Below, piece by piece: positions 52,201 to 64,000 of a stretch of 64,000 bases of DNA. Position numbers and translations under genes: made by a program. Under the pieces are notes generated by a model, which was given only the letters and a program-made list of their open reading frames with translations, made no database searches and was not told the DNA's origin. Every line of letters starts with the position of its first letter. The stretch's first letter is position 1. This stretch comes from Octopus vulgaris (lineage: Eukaryota). The stretch is from NCBI GenBank assembly GCA_951406725.2, contig OX597816.1:175832001-175896000 (forward strand), written 5' to 3'.

Positions 52201-53704
52201 ACAGCTGTCAACAACTGTTATCATGATTTTATTTTCTCTTTCTATGGAGAAAGTAACAGACAAGACTAACATGTATGTTGATGAGAGAAGAGAGACAGAG
52301 CAGTGTTGCAAGAGTGCAATGACAAAATGTGCACAGGAAAAGCAGTAATACTGTCAAAATAGATGATAGTGAAAGTAGCAACAACAACACCTATAACAAG
52401 CATAACATTAAGATGAACATAGAATGGAAAACACGAAAAAAATTTTAATTGTAACTTAAGCCTCAAAAAAACGTGAAGTATTGATACCTTAATAAGAAAA
52501 CAAGGAAAATAGGAAAATCCAACACTATTAGAGGCAGAGAAATGCTTGAAATTGAAAAATGGTTAGGGTTTGATATGACATCTGTGGAGAGATTTTGATT
52601 AATTGATGGCTATTGTCATTATGAAGAAGAGGCTCATTAAATAGTCATTAACACTTGTTCCACAGAAGAACATATTTTAATTCCCACCTGTCTAGGGAGA
52701 TGTGTGAATAAGATGACCTTTTCAAATGTGCTGCTAGAGCTAAATATCCACTTATGAAGTGTAAGATGAATAATATATTCATGAACCACCAGCTGCAACT
52801 TTATGATAGCTTATCTGAAGTCTATGGGAGGTGTTGACAAGAGACACTAAGAGACAAGTTGACCTTCCTTAAACACAAACTGCAAGCAATAAGTGAACGA
52901 TTTCTTTATCAAAAAATCTTTGAGAATTAAAAGCCATTAACTGCAAGTTTGCAATAAAACCCCAAGCAGTGAATCAAAGGAACAAAAAGGTCAGGGTCAT
53001 GGAAGCCCCTCTCCTTGATGAGCTTAGAGTCATTTCAGGGAGGGAGGGATCTGGAATGTAAACAAACAGGACAACCATGACGCAAAGTTGATACGACAAC
53101 CATGATGCAAAATGAGCACTGTGCAAACATCTCTCTGAAAATTTATAATATCAATAGTGAAACTCTCTTGATGGTTGTTGCAAAACTGCGAAAAGAGAAG
53201 TCAGTCGTTAGGAGGGACAAAGAGTCAGTTATTAATAGAGAAAGCTCACATTCAACAGGCAGCTCTTATTAAGCAGTCTGAAAAAAATCATGAATGCTGA
53301 GATTGTTGTGCCAGGCTGGTAGGCAGTTGTAGATAACACGAGTAGCTAAACACCAAAAGACATATGTAGTCAAAAACTTCAGGGTCATAGTGTGGATTAA
53401 ATATGATGTATAAATTATACACAGGTTGTTTGTATGCAAACACACATATAATTGCCCTTGGACCTGTGATAGATACATCACATCTCATTTAGAAGGCTAT
53501 CCCTTCAATATCCTAGGACAAGAGATAGCTACTAAATAAGATGAACAAAAGACATGAGGCTTCCACCCACCCCACTCAATGCTGTGATAGATTGTGCCAT
53601 ACTAGTATGGAAAATATCACTCCTATCATTTGTTGTTGTCCAAAAGTGTCCAGAAGATACAAACTTCCCATGAGACATAACGTTGTTGCTAAGACAGTCA
53701 GTCT

Positions 53705-54090
53705 GGATGGAAGCACTCCGTCGGTTACGACGACGAGGGTTCCGGTTGATCCGATCAACGGAACAGCCGTCTCGTGAAATTAACATGTAAGTGGCTGAGC
53801 ACTCCACAGACACGTGTACCCTTAACGTAGTTCTCGGGGATATTCAGTGTGACACAGAGAGTGACAAGGCCGGCCCTTTGAAATACAGGTACAACAGAAA
53901 CAGGAAGTAAGAGTGAGAGAAAGTTGTGGTGAAAGAGTACAGCAGGGATCACCACCATTCCCTGCCGGAGCCTCGTAGAGCTTTAGGTGTTTTCGCTCAA
54001 TAAACACTCACAACGCCCGGTCTGGGAATCGAAACCGCGATCCTACGACTGCGAGTCCGCTGCCCTAACCACTGGGCCATTGCGCCTCCA
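53705..54090 (-). mobile_element. Full-length tRNA-derived SINE (family C)
   Basis: Head GGAGGCGCAATGGCCCAGTGGTTAGGGCAGCGGACTCGC...GGTTTCGATTCCC; CpG-rich (young); inserted in an R4-like relic (~53300-54310). Confidence 0.85.
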
Positions 54091-54562
54091 CTACAGTCAG
54101 TCTACAATGCTATATGCAGGAAAGATTGTCCTACAGTCCTGCCAAAGATACACCAGAGCCCAAAAGCATCCGCACTTTTAAAACTAAAGCATTCTGATGG
54201 ACATTTGAATAAAAATGGAAACTGTGCGTAAGCACAACATGTTAGATATAGCTGTATGGGACAGGGAACAAAAGTTGTGCACTGTTATCATCCGACTGGA
54301 AGCCTGGCTCCCGAATAGTTACAACAGAGTGTATTCTGCTAAAGGTACCCATGAGCCCAATCTTCTGCTGTCAAGCAGTTTTGTATGCATTTGTGTGTAG
54401 TCTTTTGACAACAACAATAGCCACCATACAATCAACAAATAACGACATGCAGTAAAAACAAAACATGCTACTGACAAACAGACAACATCAATAACATCAA
54501 TAATAGGTCAACAACATCTGGTGAACAAACACGTGAAAACACTAGTATCATTCAACTATATT

Positions 54563-54970
54563 TTCTCTTTCACTCTTCTACTTGTTTCAGTCATTTGACT
54601 GCGGCCATGCTGGAGCACCGCCTTTAGTCGATCAAATTGACCCCGGAACTTATTCTTTGTAAGCCCAGTACTTATTCTATCGGTCTCTTTTGCCGAACCA
54701 CTAAGTGGCGGGGACGTAGACACACCAGCATCAGTTGTCAAGCAATGCTAGGGGGACAAACACAGACACACAAACACACACATGTATATATATATATACA
54801 TATATACGACAGGCTTCTTTCAGTTTCCGTCTACCAAATCCACTCACATGGCATTGGTCGGCCCGGGGCTATAGCAGAAGACACTTGCCCAAGATGCCAC
54901 GCAGTGGGACTGAACCCGCAACCATGTGGTTGGTCAGCAAGCTACTTACCACACAGCCACTCCTGCGCCT
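54563..54970 (-). mobile_element. SINE family A, young copy
   Basis: Homology to the other copies. Confidence 0.9.
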
Positions 54971-55096
54971 ATAGAACTATATAGAAAAGTCATAAAATAT
55001 TGAAATATTTTATAAACTAAATAAAAATAAACAAACAAGGAAGACAATAAAACCAAAATTAGTATGGATCAGAATCAACAAACACACATTACTTAC

Positions 55097-55171
55097 TCGA
55101 GGTAACTGGATAAGATTATTACAATCAAGCCAGAGCTCTTGTAAACTATTTAAGTCACCAATTGTTTCTGG
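55097..55171 (-). CDS. scrib: scribble homolog exon (LRR), PETIGDLNSLQELWLDCNNLIQLPR; most 5' exon found in window
   Basis: 75 nt, ttttcag acceptor and gtaagt donor, phase 0-0; LAP-type LRR consensus. Confidence 0.9.
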
Positions 55172-56129
55172 CTGAAAAGAAGAATAACAATATAAAATAA
55201 AATTAATATAAAGAATCCAGATATAAAATGGGAAAGAGAGAGAGACATGATACAAAATCTAACAGAAGTACAATGCAGAGAATAAAGGAAAAGAAATTTG
55301 ATTGAAATTACAACGTGAGGCATATGTATAGTTCATTGAATTTATATCAGTATATTACAGGGATATTTGTAATGGCATCAAATTTTTCTTTTAATGGATG
55401 AATTCCATTTTTATTGATAATATGTCCCAAAAATGCAATAGAAGAAACATCAAAAATGGGGGTTAATAAATGTAAGTTCTGGCTCTTCAACCACCCAGCT
55501 TTACATCATGAGACTGTAAACCTGTTTATAGACTTCTTCCCCTCTATTGCAGTTCCTCCTTCATCAGCATGGTGATCTCTTGGAGCTCCAGTTACTGACT
55601 GAGCTTTTGAATCCATCTTTTGGTCCAAAATGGATGAATTCCATTTTTATGAATTCCATTGTCACATTTATATCAGATGCCAGGATCGCATTCCTGATGT
55701 AGAGATCCTGTGATGCACTGGCACAGTTAGTGTGGAGGTCCTCAATCCTCATTGCATTGCAGCTGAGCTAGGTGGGACATATTTGCAGGATGTACTATGA
55801 CAATCTAGTAAAAAGTTGTTCTAAATGTTGTTCATGCTGCTCTTCCAAAGCAATAGCAATCATCAAGTCAAAACAAAGTTTAAACCATGAGTGACTTCAT
55901 CAATAAATCTATGGAATGTATTAGCAGAATACCAAAAACCAAAAAGCATTTTGAGAAATTGGAGAAGTCCGAAAGGAGCAGTTATGGCTGTTCTAAGAAC
56001 ATCAGCAGGTTCTATAGGAATCTCATTATAGGCAAGTACCAAATTAATTTTTGGAAAAACAGTACAACCATGTAAAGAAGTTGGCTAATTATGAATCTGT
56101 GGAATTTGGTACCTATCAGGAACAGTTAA

Positions 56130-56580
56130 AGTATTCAAATGTCTGTAGTCTCTACAAGGATGACAATCTCCAAGTGGAAGTCAAGTTAATTCCAGGATCC
56201 AACATGTGACTAAATTTGTCCTCAGCTATTTTTAACTTGCCAAGGAGTGAGATGTCTAGGTCATGAAGAAACAGGAGGTCTCTTAGTGATAACATGATGT
56301 GTAATAGAGTGTACCAGACACTTCTTATTAAAAACAGCACAAGTGGAACCTGGAAACTTTTTAAGGATCACATGATAATGATTAGGTGTATGGGGTACAA
56401 AGAAAAGAGGACTGACAGTAGCAGGTATACTGTAAATACCTTGTGCAAATAATTCTGTTTCCAAATCTATCAATCACCTGTGTTTCAAATCTACAATTAG
56501 ACCAAAATGATTCAGGAAGTTGGCACCACGGACAGGATATGGAAGATCAGCAATTATAAGAATCTGCTTTACTTGTTGCT
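56130..56580 (-). mobile_element. Gypsy-like pol relic (protease end, RT start)
   Basis: IIADLPYPVRGANFLNHFGL, HSITHHVIT.RPPV and KLKIAEDKFSHML motifs. Confidence 0.55.
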
Positions 56581-56589
56581 TGAAGACCA

Positions 56590-57080
56590 ACTTCATTTAG
56601 AGCAACTATTGACCTCCCAAACAAATGAAAACATCACTGAATAATTGATGAACTTGTTGACATGACTGGTGTGTCCTAGAACTCCTGCCAATGAATTTTG
56701 AGCAAGGAATTGTGAATGCAAAGAGTTGCAGGAAAATTTGTTCCTCGCTTGCTCACAGAAGATCAAAAAAAGTCATGACTAAATGCATGTCATGAACTGA
56801 AAGAACAGTTCACCCAATCTTGCCCCCTGCAACTTTTTTTTGTTCCCCTGAATGAAAAATGTTTTGCAGATGTGGAAGAGGTGAAGAAAAAAACAATGGA
56901 AGTATTAAAAGGCATCACTTTACAAGAGTTCCAGGATTGCTTCGAACAGTGGAAAACACTTCTGGACCGAAGTATTGCTTCAAATGGAGAATACTTTGAA
57001 GGTGATAAAAGTGTAAACATGTAAAACTAAGTGAATAAAATAATATTGTAAAATTCTAGTTTCTTTTGGGTAACCCCTCT
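56590..57080 (+). mobile_element. Internally deleted mariner fragment
   Basis: KFVPRLLTEDQK, FADVEEVK and CFEQWK...NGEYFEGD motifs. Confidence 0.7.
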
Positions 57081-57583
57081 TTTAGTGAGAAATCTATGCC
57101 CCTGAATCTTAACTTGAGGCATTAGTTGAAATACAAAATGACTGACCGTTAGTAAGGAGAGACACAAATAAGAAAGAAGGAAGCAAAGGACCACTGATGC
57201 AGTCACAGGAGTGTGACAAAAGAACTCTGGCCGAAATAAGATTAAGATTAATGTAAAAAATAAATAACACTGAAGCAAAGTAACACCAAATATATAGTGC
57301 GTGTGTTTTTATTGGCTAAATTGGCAAAATGACCATTCTTAAATACAACAATGTTTTTAACATGTTCTTATTATTATCAAAGAATGTATATATGTATTGT
57401 AATATTTTGTGACAAACAGTACCTAACACAACAAAGCTTTTACATGTTACTTTTGACAATCTTTTTCTAAAAAAGTGAAACTAGTCAAGTGAATAAACAC
57501 CTTTTAAAATTGCATTTTCAAACCTTCTTTTCATAAATACATCGTCGTCATCGTTTAACGCCCGTTTTCCATGCTAGCATGGG

Positions 57584-58188
57584 TATATATATACATATAC
57601 AAATACATATATATATATATATATTTATATATACACATATATATATTTATATATACACATATATATTTATATATACACATATATATTTATATATACACAT
57701 ATATATTTATATATACACATATATATTTATATATACACATATATATTTATATATACACATATATATACATATATATATATACATACATACACATATATAT
57801 ATATACATACATACACATATATATATATACATACATACACATATATATATATACATACATACACATATATATATATACATACATACACATATATATATAT
57901 ACATACACACACATATATATATATACATACACACACATATATATATATACATACATACATATATATATATATACATACATACATATATATATATATACAT
58001 ACATATATATATATATATATACATACATATATATATATACATACATACATATATATATATATACATACATACATACATATATATATATATACATACATAC
58101 ATATATATATATATACATACATACATACATATATATATACATACATACATACATATATATATATACATACATACATACATATATATAT

Positions 58189-58235
<47 letters not shown>

Positions 58236-58252
58236 CATACATATATATATAT

Positions 58253-58297
<45 letters not shown>

Positions 58298-58310
58298 TAC
58301 ATATAAAAAA
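57584..58310 (+). repeat. Long compound (TA)/(TACA) microsatellite with 20- and 24-nt higher-order units
   Basis: ATATATTTATATATACACAT repeated, then ACATACATACACATATATATATAT-type units. Confidence 0.95.
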
Positions 58311-58849
58311 TCATATACAACAGCAACAACAACAACAATTATAAGGAGAACCAACACACAAACACACACACAGATAACCATAGTCACAAGGACACGAATA
58401 AAAGTTGTGTCATGGGGGTCACGATGGAGAATAAAGTTGAATGCAACAGAATTCTTGGACAGGGAGTCAGTAGACTTGAAACAGATAACAATACTCATAG
58501 GAACAAAAATAACAACCACAACAGAGGGAATGACAGGGACCAACAGACAGACATAAAACCCAACACTAATATGAACAACACCAGAAACAGGAACAATGAG
58601 AATATCACTAGCGATAATCAGAATGATAGCAATAACAGTAATAACAATAATAGTGGTAGTAGTAGTGGTGGTGGTAGTAACAGTAGAAGTAGTAATGATG
58701 GTAGCAGTGATAGTTGTAATGGTAATAGTAATAACAGTAGTAGTGGTAATAACGATAGTGGTGATGGTTGGCAATAGTGAGGTTGATGATGGGAACAGTA
58801 ACGACAGAAATAGTAGTAACGATAATGAAGAAGATAACCCTAGAAAGGC

Positions 58850-59712
58850 CATTAACATGTATACCCACCCCTTCGACACTCAATTCTTCAACGTATATGA
58901 CAAATCTTACGGCATGAGCCGGATTTATCCAACAACATTACCCTTCAACAAAAGAGTCTACATCCCTAGACATAATAATGACCACATGGAAGCACAGTTC
59001 ACTATAGCTAGGACCAAACTTAGACAGATTTTAGGATTATACACTAAGAGACAGAGACAGAATAAGACAGAGGCCCAACAACTCGGGATTAAACCTGCAT
59101 GTGGCCTACATAAGCTTATTCAGCACACGAGGAACGGAGAGGTGGTATGCCTTCCCACGGATAAGTCCGGCAGGATGTCAATAGACAGCTTACCAAACTA
59201 CATCCAGGCAATGCAACCTCATATCGCCAATACAAAAATAACAACTTTACAGGCACATGAGGAGAGAGAAAAGGTCCTCAACGCCCACATCATCATGTGG
59301 ACAATTGTTCTGGGACCCCAGAAATGTACAGCAAATAATTTCCAAGCCTGGAACAATGATATCCCGGCACTGTATGGACTTCGCAAGGACCATAAAGTAA
59401 CCACTGACCCTATAGCAGGACTACCAACAAAACCAGTCTGTGGAGCGAATATCGCTAGCAACTACAGAATCTCCTACTTCCTCTCAATGATCATACGCCC
59501 TATAATCCGGATGTCACCTGATGTTTGTGACAGCACGGAAGATCTCCTCAGCAGGATCAATGACTGTAACAACACTTGTGACCTGACAGGATGTATGGTG
59601 GGTAGCATGGATGTGGTATCCCTATACCCATCGATCGATGTAGATTTTGCAGTGGAGAAGTGCGTGGAGATGATCAACGAGAGCCAAGTGGAGTTCCACA
59701 ATGTCAACACAG
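58850..59712 (+). mobile_element. Penelope-like element RT (N-terminal half), cut by an RTE 3' fragment
   Basis: PTDKSGRM, LYGLRKDHK, PTKPVCG and SMDVVSLYPSI motifs in an uninterrupted frame. Confidence 0.85.
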
Positions 59713-60411
59713 AATGTAAGTACCTTGAAAGAAAAGTTGGACTTAAGAAGCATCAGTTGTGGTGTGCAAGAGAGACGTTTGCGCTAGTATGGTCATGTAG
59801 CGAGAATGGATGAAGATAGTTGTGTGAAAAAGTGCCACACCCTAGCTGTTGAGGGAACCTGTGGAAGAGGCAGACCCAGGAAAACCTGGGACGAGGTGGT
59901 GAAGCACGACCTTCGAACTTTATGTCTCACCGAGGAAATGACCAGCGACTGAGACCATTGGAAGTATGCTGTGAGTGGGAAGACCCAGCAGGACAAGTGA
60001 GACCATAACCCGTGACCTCTACCTGGGACATAGTCAGCCCACTTATGCATACCTTTCCTTCTTGTGACACAAACCCTACTTGTGAAGACCTGTTGAGGCA
60101 AGTGAAAATCAAAATCAAAATCAAAATCGATCAACATCAATGGAAATTGTAGCTGTGATACCAGTGCCGGTGACTAGTAAGCGAACCATCCGATCGTGGC
60201 CGTTTGCCAGCCTTGTCTGGCACCTGTGCAGGTGGCACGTAAAAAGCACCCACTATACTCATGGAGTGGTTGGTGTTAGGAAGGGCATCCAGCCGTGGAA
60301 ACATTGCCAGATCAGACTGGGCCTGGTGCAGCCTTCTGGCTTCCCAGACCCCAGTTGAACCGTCCAACCCATGCTAGCATGGAAAACGGACGTTAAACGA
60401 TGATGATGATG
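59713..60411 (+). mobile_element. Young RTE LINE 3' end
   Basis: RLRWYGHV and RGRPRKTW motifs; (GAT)n tail. Confidence 0.9.
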
Positions 60412-60419
60412 ATATAAAG

Positions 60420-62528
60420 CTCCCTTATATATACTTATTTCTTTATTTTAATATACCTATTTCTTTATTAAGGTCCCTCGTATATACTAAGATTGGGGGG
60501 GGGCAGAGCTATTTGAGAGAAAGAGAAATCAGGTAATTTCTTCAAAAACTTTTTAAACAATATTATCTAGTTGTATAAGGTTATAAAATATTAATTAGAG
60601 TAATTTAGAAGATTTTTTAGAATGAGATTTTTAGTAAACAGGATACCGCTATTGACTTGCATACCAAAATTTTAACTACAATGGAAGGGAGGTAACCAAA
60701 ATAATGCAAGGAAAAAATGGAAATAAAGAGAAATAGAAATATTTTTTGAAGATCTTATATTGTATATTATAAGTTACATATGGCTATATGGGGTATAATT
60801 TAGGCTTGTATAAAGGTATTTTTAGAATATCGAAAAAGATTAGGTAGAGTAGAACCATCATAGAAATAGATGTGAAAATTGCTAAATCATTAAAATTACT
60901 GTGGAGTAAGTATACAACTTAGCGGTTCGGCATAAGAGACCGATAGAATAAGTACTGGGCTTACAAAGAATAAGTCCCAGGGTCGATCTCCTCGACTAAA
61001 GGCGGTGCTCCAGCATGGCCGCAGTCAAATGACTGAAACAAGTAAAAGAAAAAGAAAGAAAAAAAGAAAGAAACTTAGTAACTTCAAAAGATATATAGAA
61101 TTTATGTAATAATTTTAGAAATTAAAAATTATTTATTCAATTTGTCTATGTTATTAAATTTTTAATACCTTGTGTTGACTAAAAAATTAATATTGTAGGG
61201 TATGCTATTTCTTCATTGCTTTTTAAAACTAAGAGGTAAAAATTAAGATTTAAAAATTCAGGAATAATAAAATGCTATTTTCTAAGATATTTAAAGGTAC
61301 AGGTAGTACTATGTAAACACAATACCCCAGTTCTAAACGGTTATTTAACAGGTTTATATTATCCCTATGTTTAAAAATTTCGTAAATCTCCATGGAGCAG
61401 AGCTCAGACCCATATCTACTATTTTTATAAGGTTGCACTTTCCTCACTATGTCCCATTTAAGGCAAAATCTAATTCTATTTTCTTTTAATTCCCAAATTT
61501 TATTGGATAATCTTGTGCAATTTCCCTTATGCTTAAGTTTCAAGGACGATCTGTGATTATATATATGTCATTTCAAATTTACAGAGGAACCAAAATACAT
61601 ATAATTATTAGTTGAAGTCAATACTGTACATTTGTATACTACGTTTTGGGCTAGACACCAACCAGATACCAGACAGTGGGACTTGATTCCACAAGTACAA
61701 CTATGGGAATAATTATTGATATTAGTATTATCAAGAATTAAGTAATTGTTATTATTATTATTTCAACTATTATTAACATTAATAATATCATCGTTATTTA
61801 TAATTACATTATCAGGTGAGTTATGGTTTTGACTATTAGTTTCTAATTCCCCCTCTACCATCTTATCATATAAATTTGTCTCATCATCATCAGGTATAGA
61901 AATAGTTTCTAAGTATACATATGTACTGGAACCGTATTCCATTACGCTACTATTAGTGGCCATAATGTCATTTATATCATACACCCTATCATTTTCAATA
62001 TTATCATTTTCATTATAGGTGATTAAGTCTTGGTTAATAGGAATATTATTACTATTATTCATATAATTATTATTATTGTTATTGTATCGTTTTTATTATT
62101 AGTGCTATTATTGATATTATTAATATTATTATTATTGTTGTTGTTGTTGTTTATATTTTTATTATTATTACTACTACTACTACCACCACCACCACCACTA
62201 CCACTACTATTATTATTATTATTATTATTATTGCTACTTTTAACATTTCTGGCTTGTCCAATATTCTTTCTATTTAATCTAGCTATGATGGTACTTATAT
62301 TGGGGAGAGTGGAGTATGATATTCTAACTGTTTTACGCAAAAATATTTCATTATGTCTATGGATGTAGGGAGGTTTTTTTCCAGTATGGACTTAGATTTA
62401 CTATATATATTAGTAGTTGAAAGGGACATTGAACCATATGATATTTTTACTTTTGAATTTCTTATTTAAGAAAGGGTGGGATAAATTTGTACTATTTATA
62501 CTCTTCAGAATTTTGCTATTATTGCTAG

Positions 62529-62587
<59 letters not shown>

Positions 62588-62800
62588 GTTTTTTATCGGG
62601 AGGAGTAATTATAATTTTTTCATTCACAGTTATTTTATTTAACTTAAGTTTTTTATACCTATTTGTGTCTTGCCTACTACTTTTGAAGTATACTCCACTA
62701 TCAATGTTAGGTTTATAGGATAGGTTATCAGTTTGAGTTGTTTCATAGTTTTGTAAATTTGAAGACTTTATATTATTTAAGCTATTCTTATTTATTTCTT
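60420..62800 (-). mobile_element. Penelope-like element: RT C-terminus, Asn-rich linker, Cys cluster and GIY-YIG endonuclease, 3' UTR
   Basis: WFNVPF and TVRISYSTLPNISTII; CTCGIKSHCLVSGWCLAQNVVYKCTV...YFGSS...NHRSS...LSNKIWELKE; outer boundaries approximate. Confidence 0.8.
60917..61075 (+). mobile_element. SINE family A 3' fragment inserted in the Penelope-like 3' UTR
   Basis: Reverse complement of 54563-54705. Confidence 0.85.
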
Positions 62801-62819
62801 TATTTGAAAGTATTAAACT

Positions 62820-63485
62820 CTCAGGATATATATAAAATGCAGACGGCTAACTGGATGGATTCTCCGAACTTTCAGAACAAGAGAGGAGACACTGATGGTC
62901 CTTTGGAAGACATTCGTCCTCACCACACAATATAAAGTTAATAGCAGAACTCGAAGCAATTCAAAGAAGCTACACTAAGAAGATCGTCTCAATACAACAT
63001 ATCAGCTACTGGGAAAGACTGAAGGTATTAAACCTCTTCTCCCTAGAGCGGAGAGATATGCGGTGATATACATCTGGAAAATCCTGGAGGGTCTTGTCCC
63101 AAATTTTGGCATTCAACAGCAGAACGGGGTGCCACTGCATGGTGCCAAAGATCCCAACATCACCATCAAAATACAGGACTAGATACTGCAACAGCTTGGG
63201 TTTCAGGGGACCACAGCTCTTCAATATCCTTCCTAAATGCCTGAGAGACATGCATGGTGTGGATGTGGGTTTCTTTAAAACTAAACTGGATCTCTTCTTG
63301 TCAGGGGTTCCAGACGAACCTACCTCTCGGCAGGAAACACAGATGCGGGCAGTGACATCGAACTCCCTTGTTGATCAAGGGCCACGTATCAGAGGTGGTT
63401 TCCCATACTAGTGTAGCTCATTCAACGGTAGTACCCCAGCATAACCGCAGCCTTCAGGCTGAAACATTTTTAAGGATTTAAGGAT
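62820..63485 (+). mobile_element. CR1-like LINE 3' end
   Basis: ELEAIQRSYTKKI, SYWERLKVLNLFSLE and GPQLFNILP motifs; TTTAAGGA tail repeat. Confidence 0.8.
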
Positions 63486-63664
63486 ATATATATATATATA
63501 TATATATAGGCAAGGAAAAATTATAAAAAGGCAGAAAGCTAAATTGAAGGTAAATTTTAATGAAATATATATTAATATATTAATTCTAACCGGTTTTCAA
63601 GGCAATGCGACTTTTCAAGAATTGTAAGGTGAAAAGAAATTTTTTTTATAATTGAGGAGGGGGT

Positions 63665-64000
63665 ATATATATACACACACACATATATATATACACACAT
63701 ATATATATATACATACATATACATATATATACATATATATACATATAAATATACACGTATATATACATACATATACATACATACATGTACATATATATAC
63801 ATACATACATATACATATATATACATACATATACATACATACATATACATACATATATATACATATATATATACATACATATATATATACAAACATATAT
63901 ATGTACATATATATATATACAAACATATACATGTACATACATATATATACAAACATATACATGTATATATATATACATATATATATACATATATATATAT
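63665..64000 (+). repeat. (TA)/(TACA) compound microsatellite
   Basis: Direct reading. Confidence 0.95.

Noticed and set aside
54015-54090. tRNA gene
   Set aside because: tRNA-like head runs into a SINE body; acceptor stem does not pair
57571-58879. Long Y/I/H/V-rich ORFs (183-390 aa)
   Set aside because: Translations of TA/CA and trinucleotide microsatellites
58596-59813. 405-aa ORF as an intact or domesticated gene
   Set aside because: Chimera of repeat-derived N-terminus, half a PLE RT lacking the catalytic DD motif, and out-of-frame RTE sequence
61568-61765. In-frame TGA codons as selenocysteine (as reported for Naiad PLEs)
   Set aside because: One falls in the low-complexity linker and the other at or beside the conserved GIY-YIG Arg position (likely CGA>TGA decay); neither is a Cys position and no SECIS was recognised
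63572-63990. YI/MY-rich ORFs
   Set aside because: Microsatellite artefacts
55172-64000. Next upstream scribble LRR exon
   Set aside because: No LRR-like minus-strand exon found by eye; region is almost all TE and microsatellite, so it is presumably beyond the window

Overview
AT-rich, repeat-dense animal genomic DNA. The SINE and RTE repertoire suggests an octopus or other coleoid cephalopod (inference). The window lies inside one minus-strand gene, a scribble (LAP-family LRR-PDZ) homolog. I reconstructed 11 consecutive GT-AG exons between 55171 and 2802 (1407 nt, 469 codons, all splice phases consistent). They cover LRRs, LAPSDa/b and the acidic linker; the 5' and PDZ exons lie outside the window. 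The introns hold tRNA-derived SINEs (three families), RTE, CR1, R4/Dong-like and CRE-like LINE relics, two Penelope-like elements, Tc1/mariner, piggyBac, Chapaev3 and Helitron elements, and microsatellites. No prokaryotic-type system or CRISPR array is present. The most interesting observations are: two long fold-back hairpins whose mismatches are mostly G-U compatible on the transcribed strand; nested inverted repeats looping out two small LRR exons; twin Helitrons bracketing an exon; a patchwork templated insertion; a DD36E Tc1 element; hammerhead-like motifs; a tandem splice donor; and a candidate 21-nt microexon. Transposon boundaries are approximate unless termini are stated.
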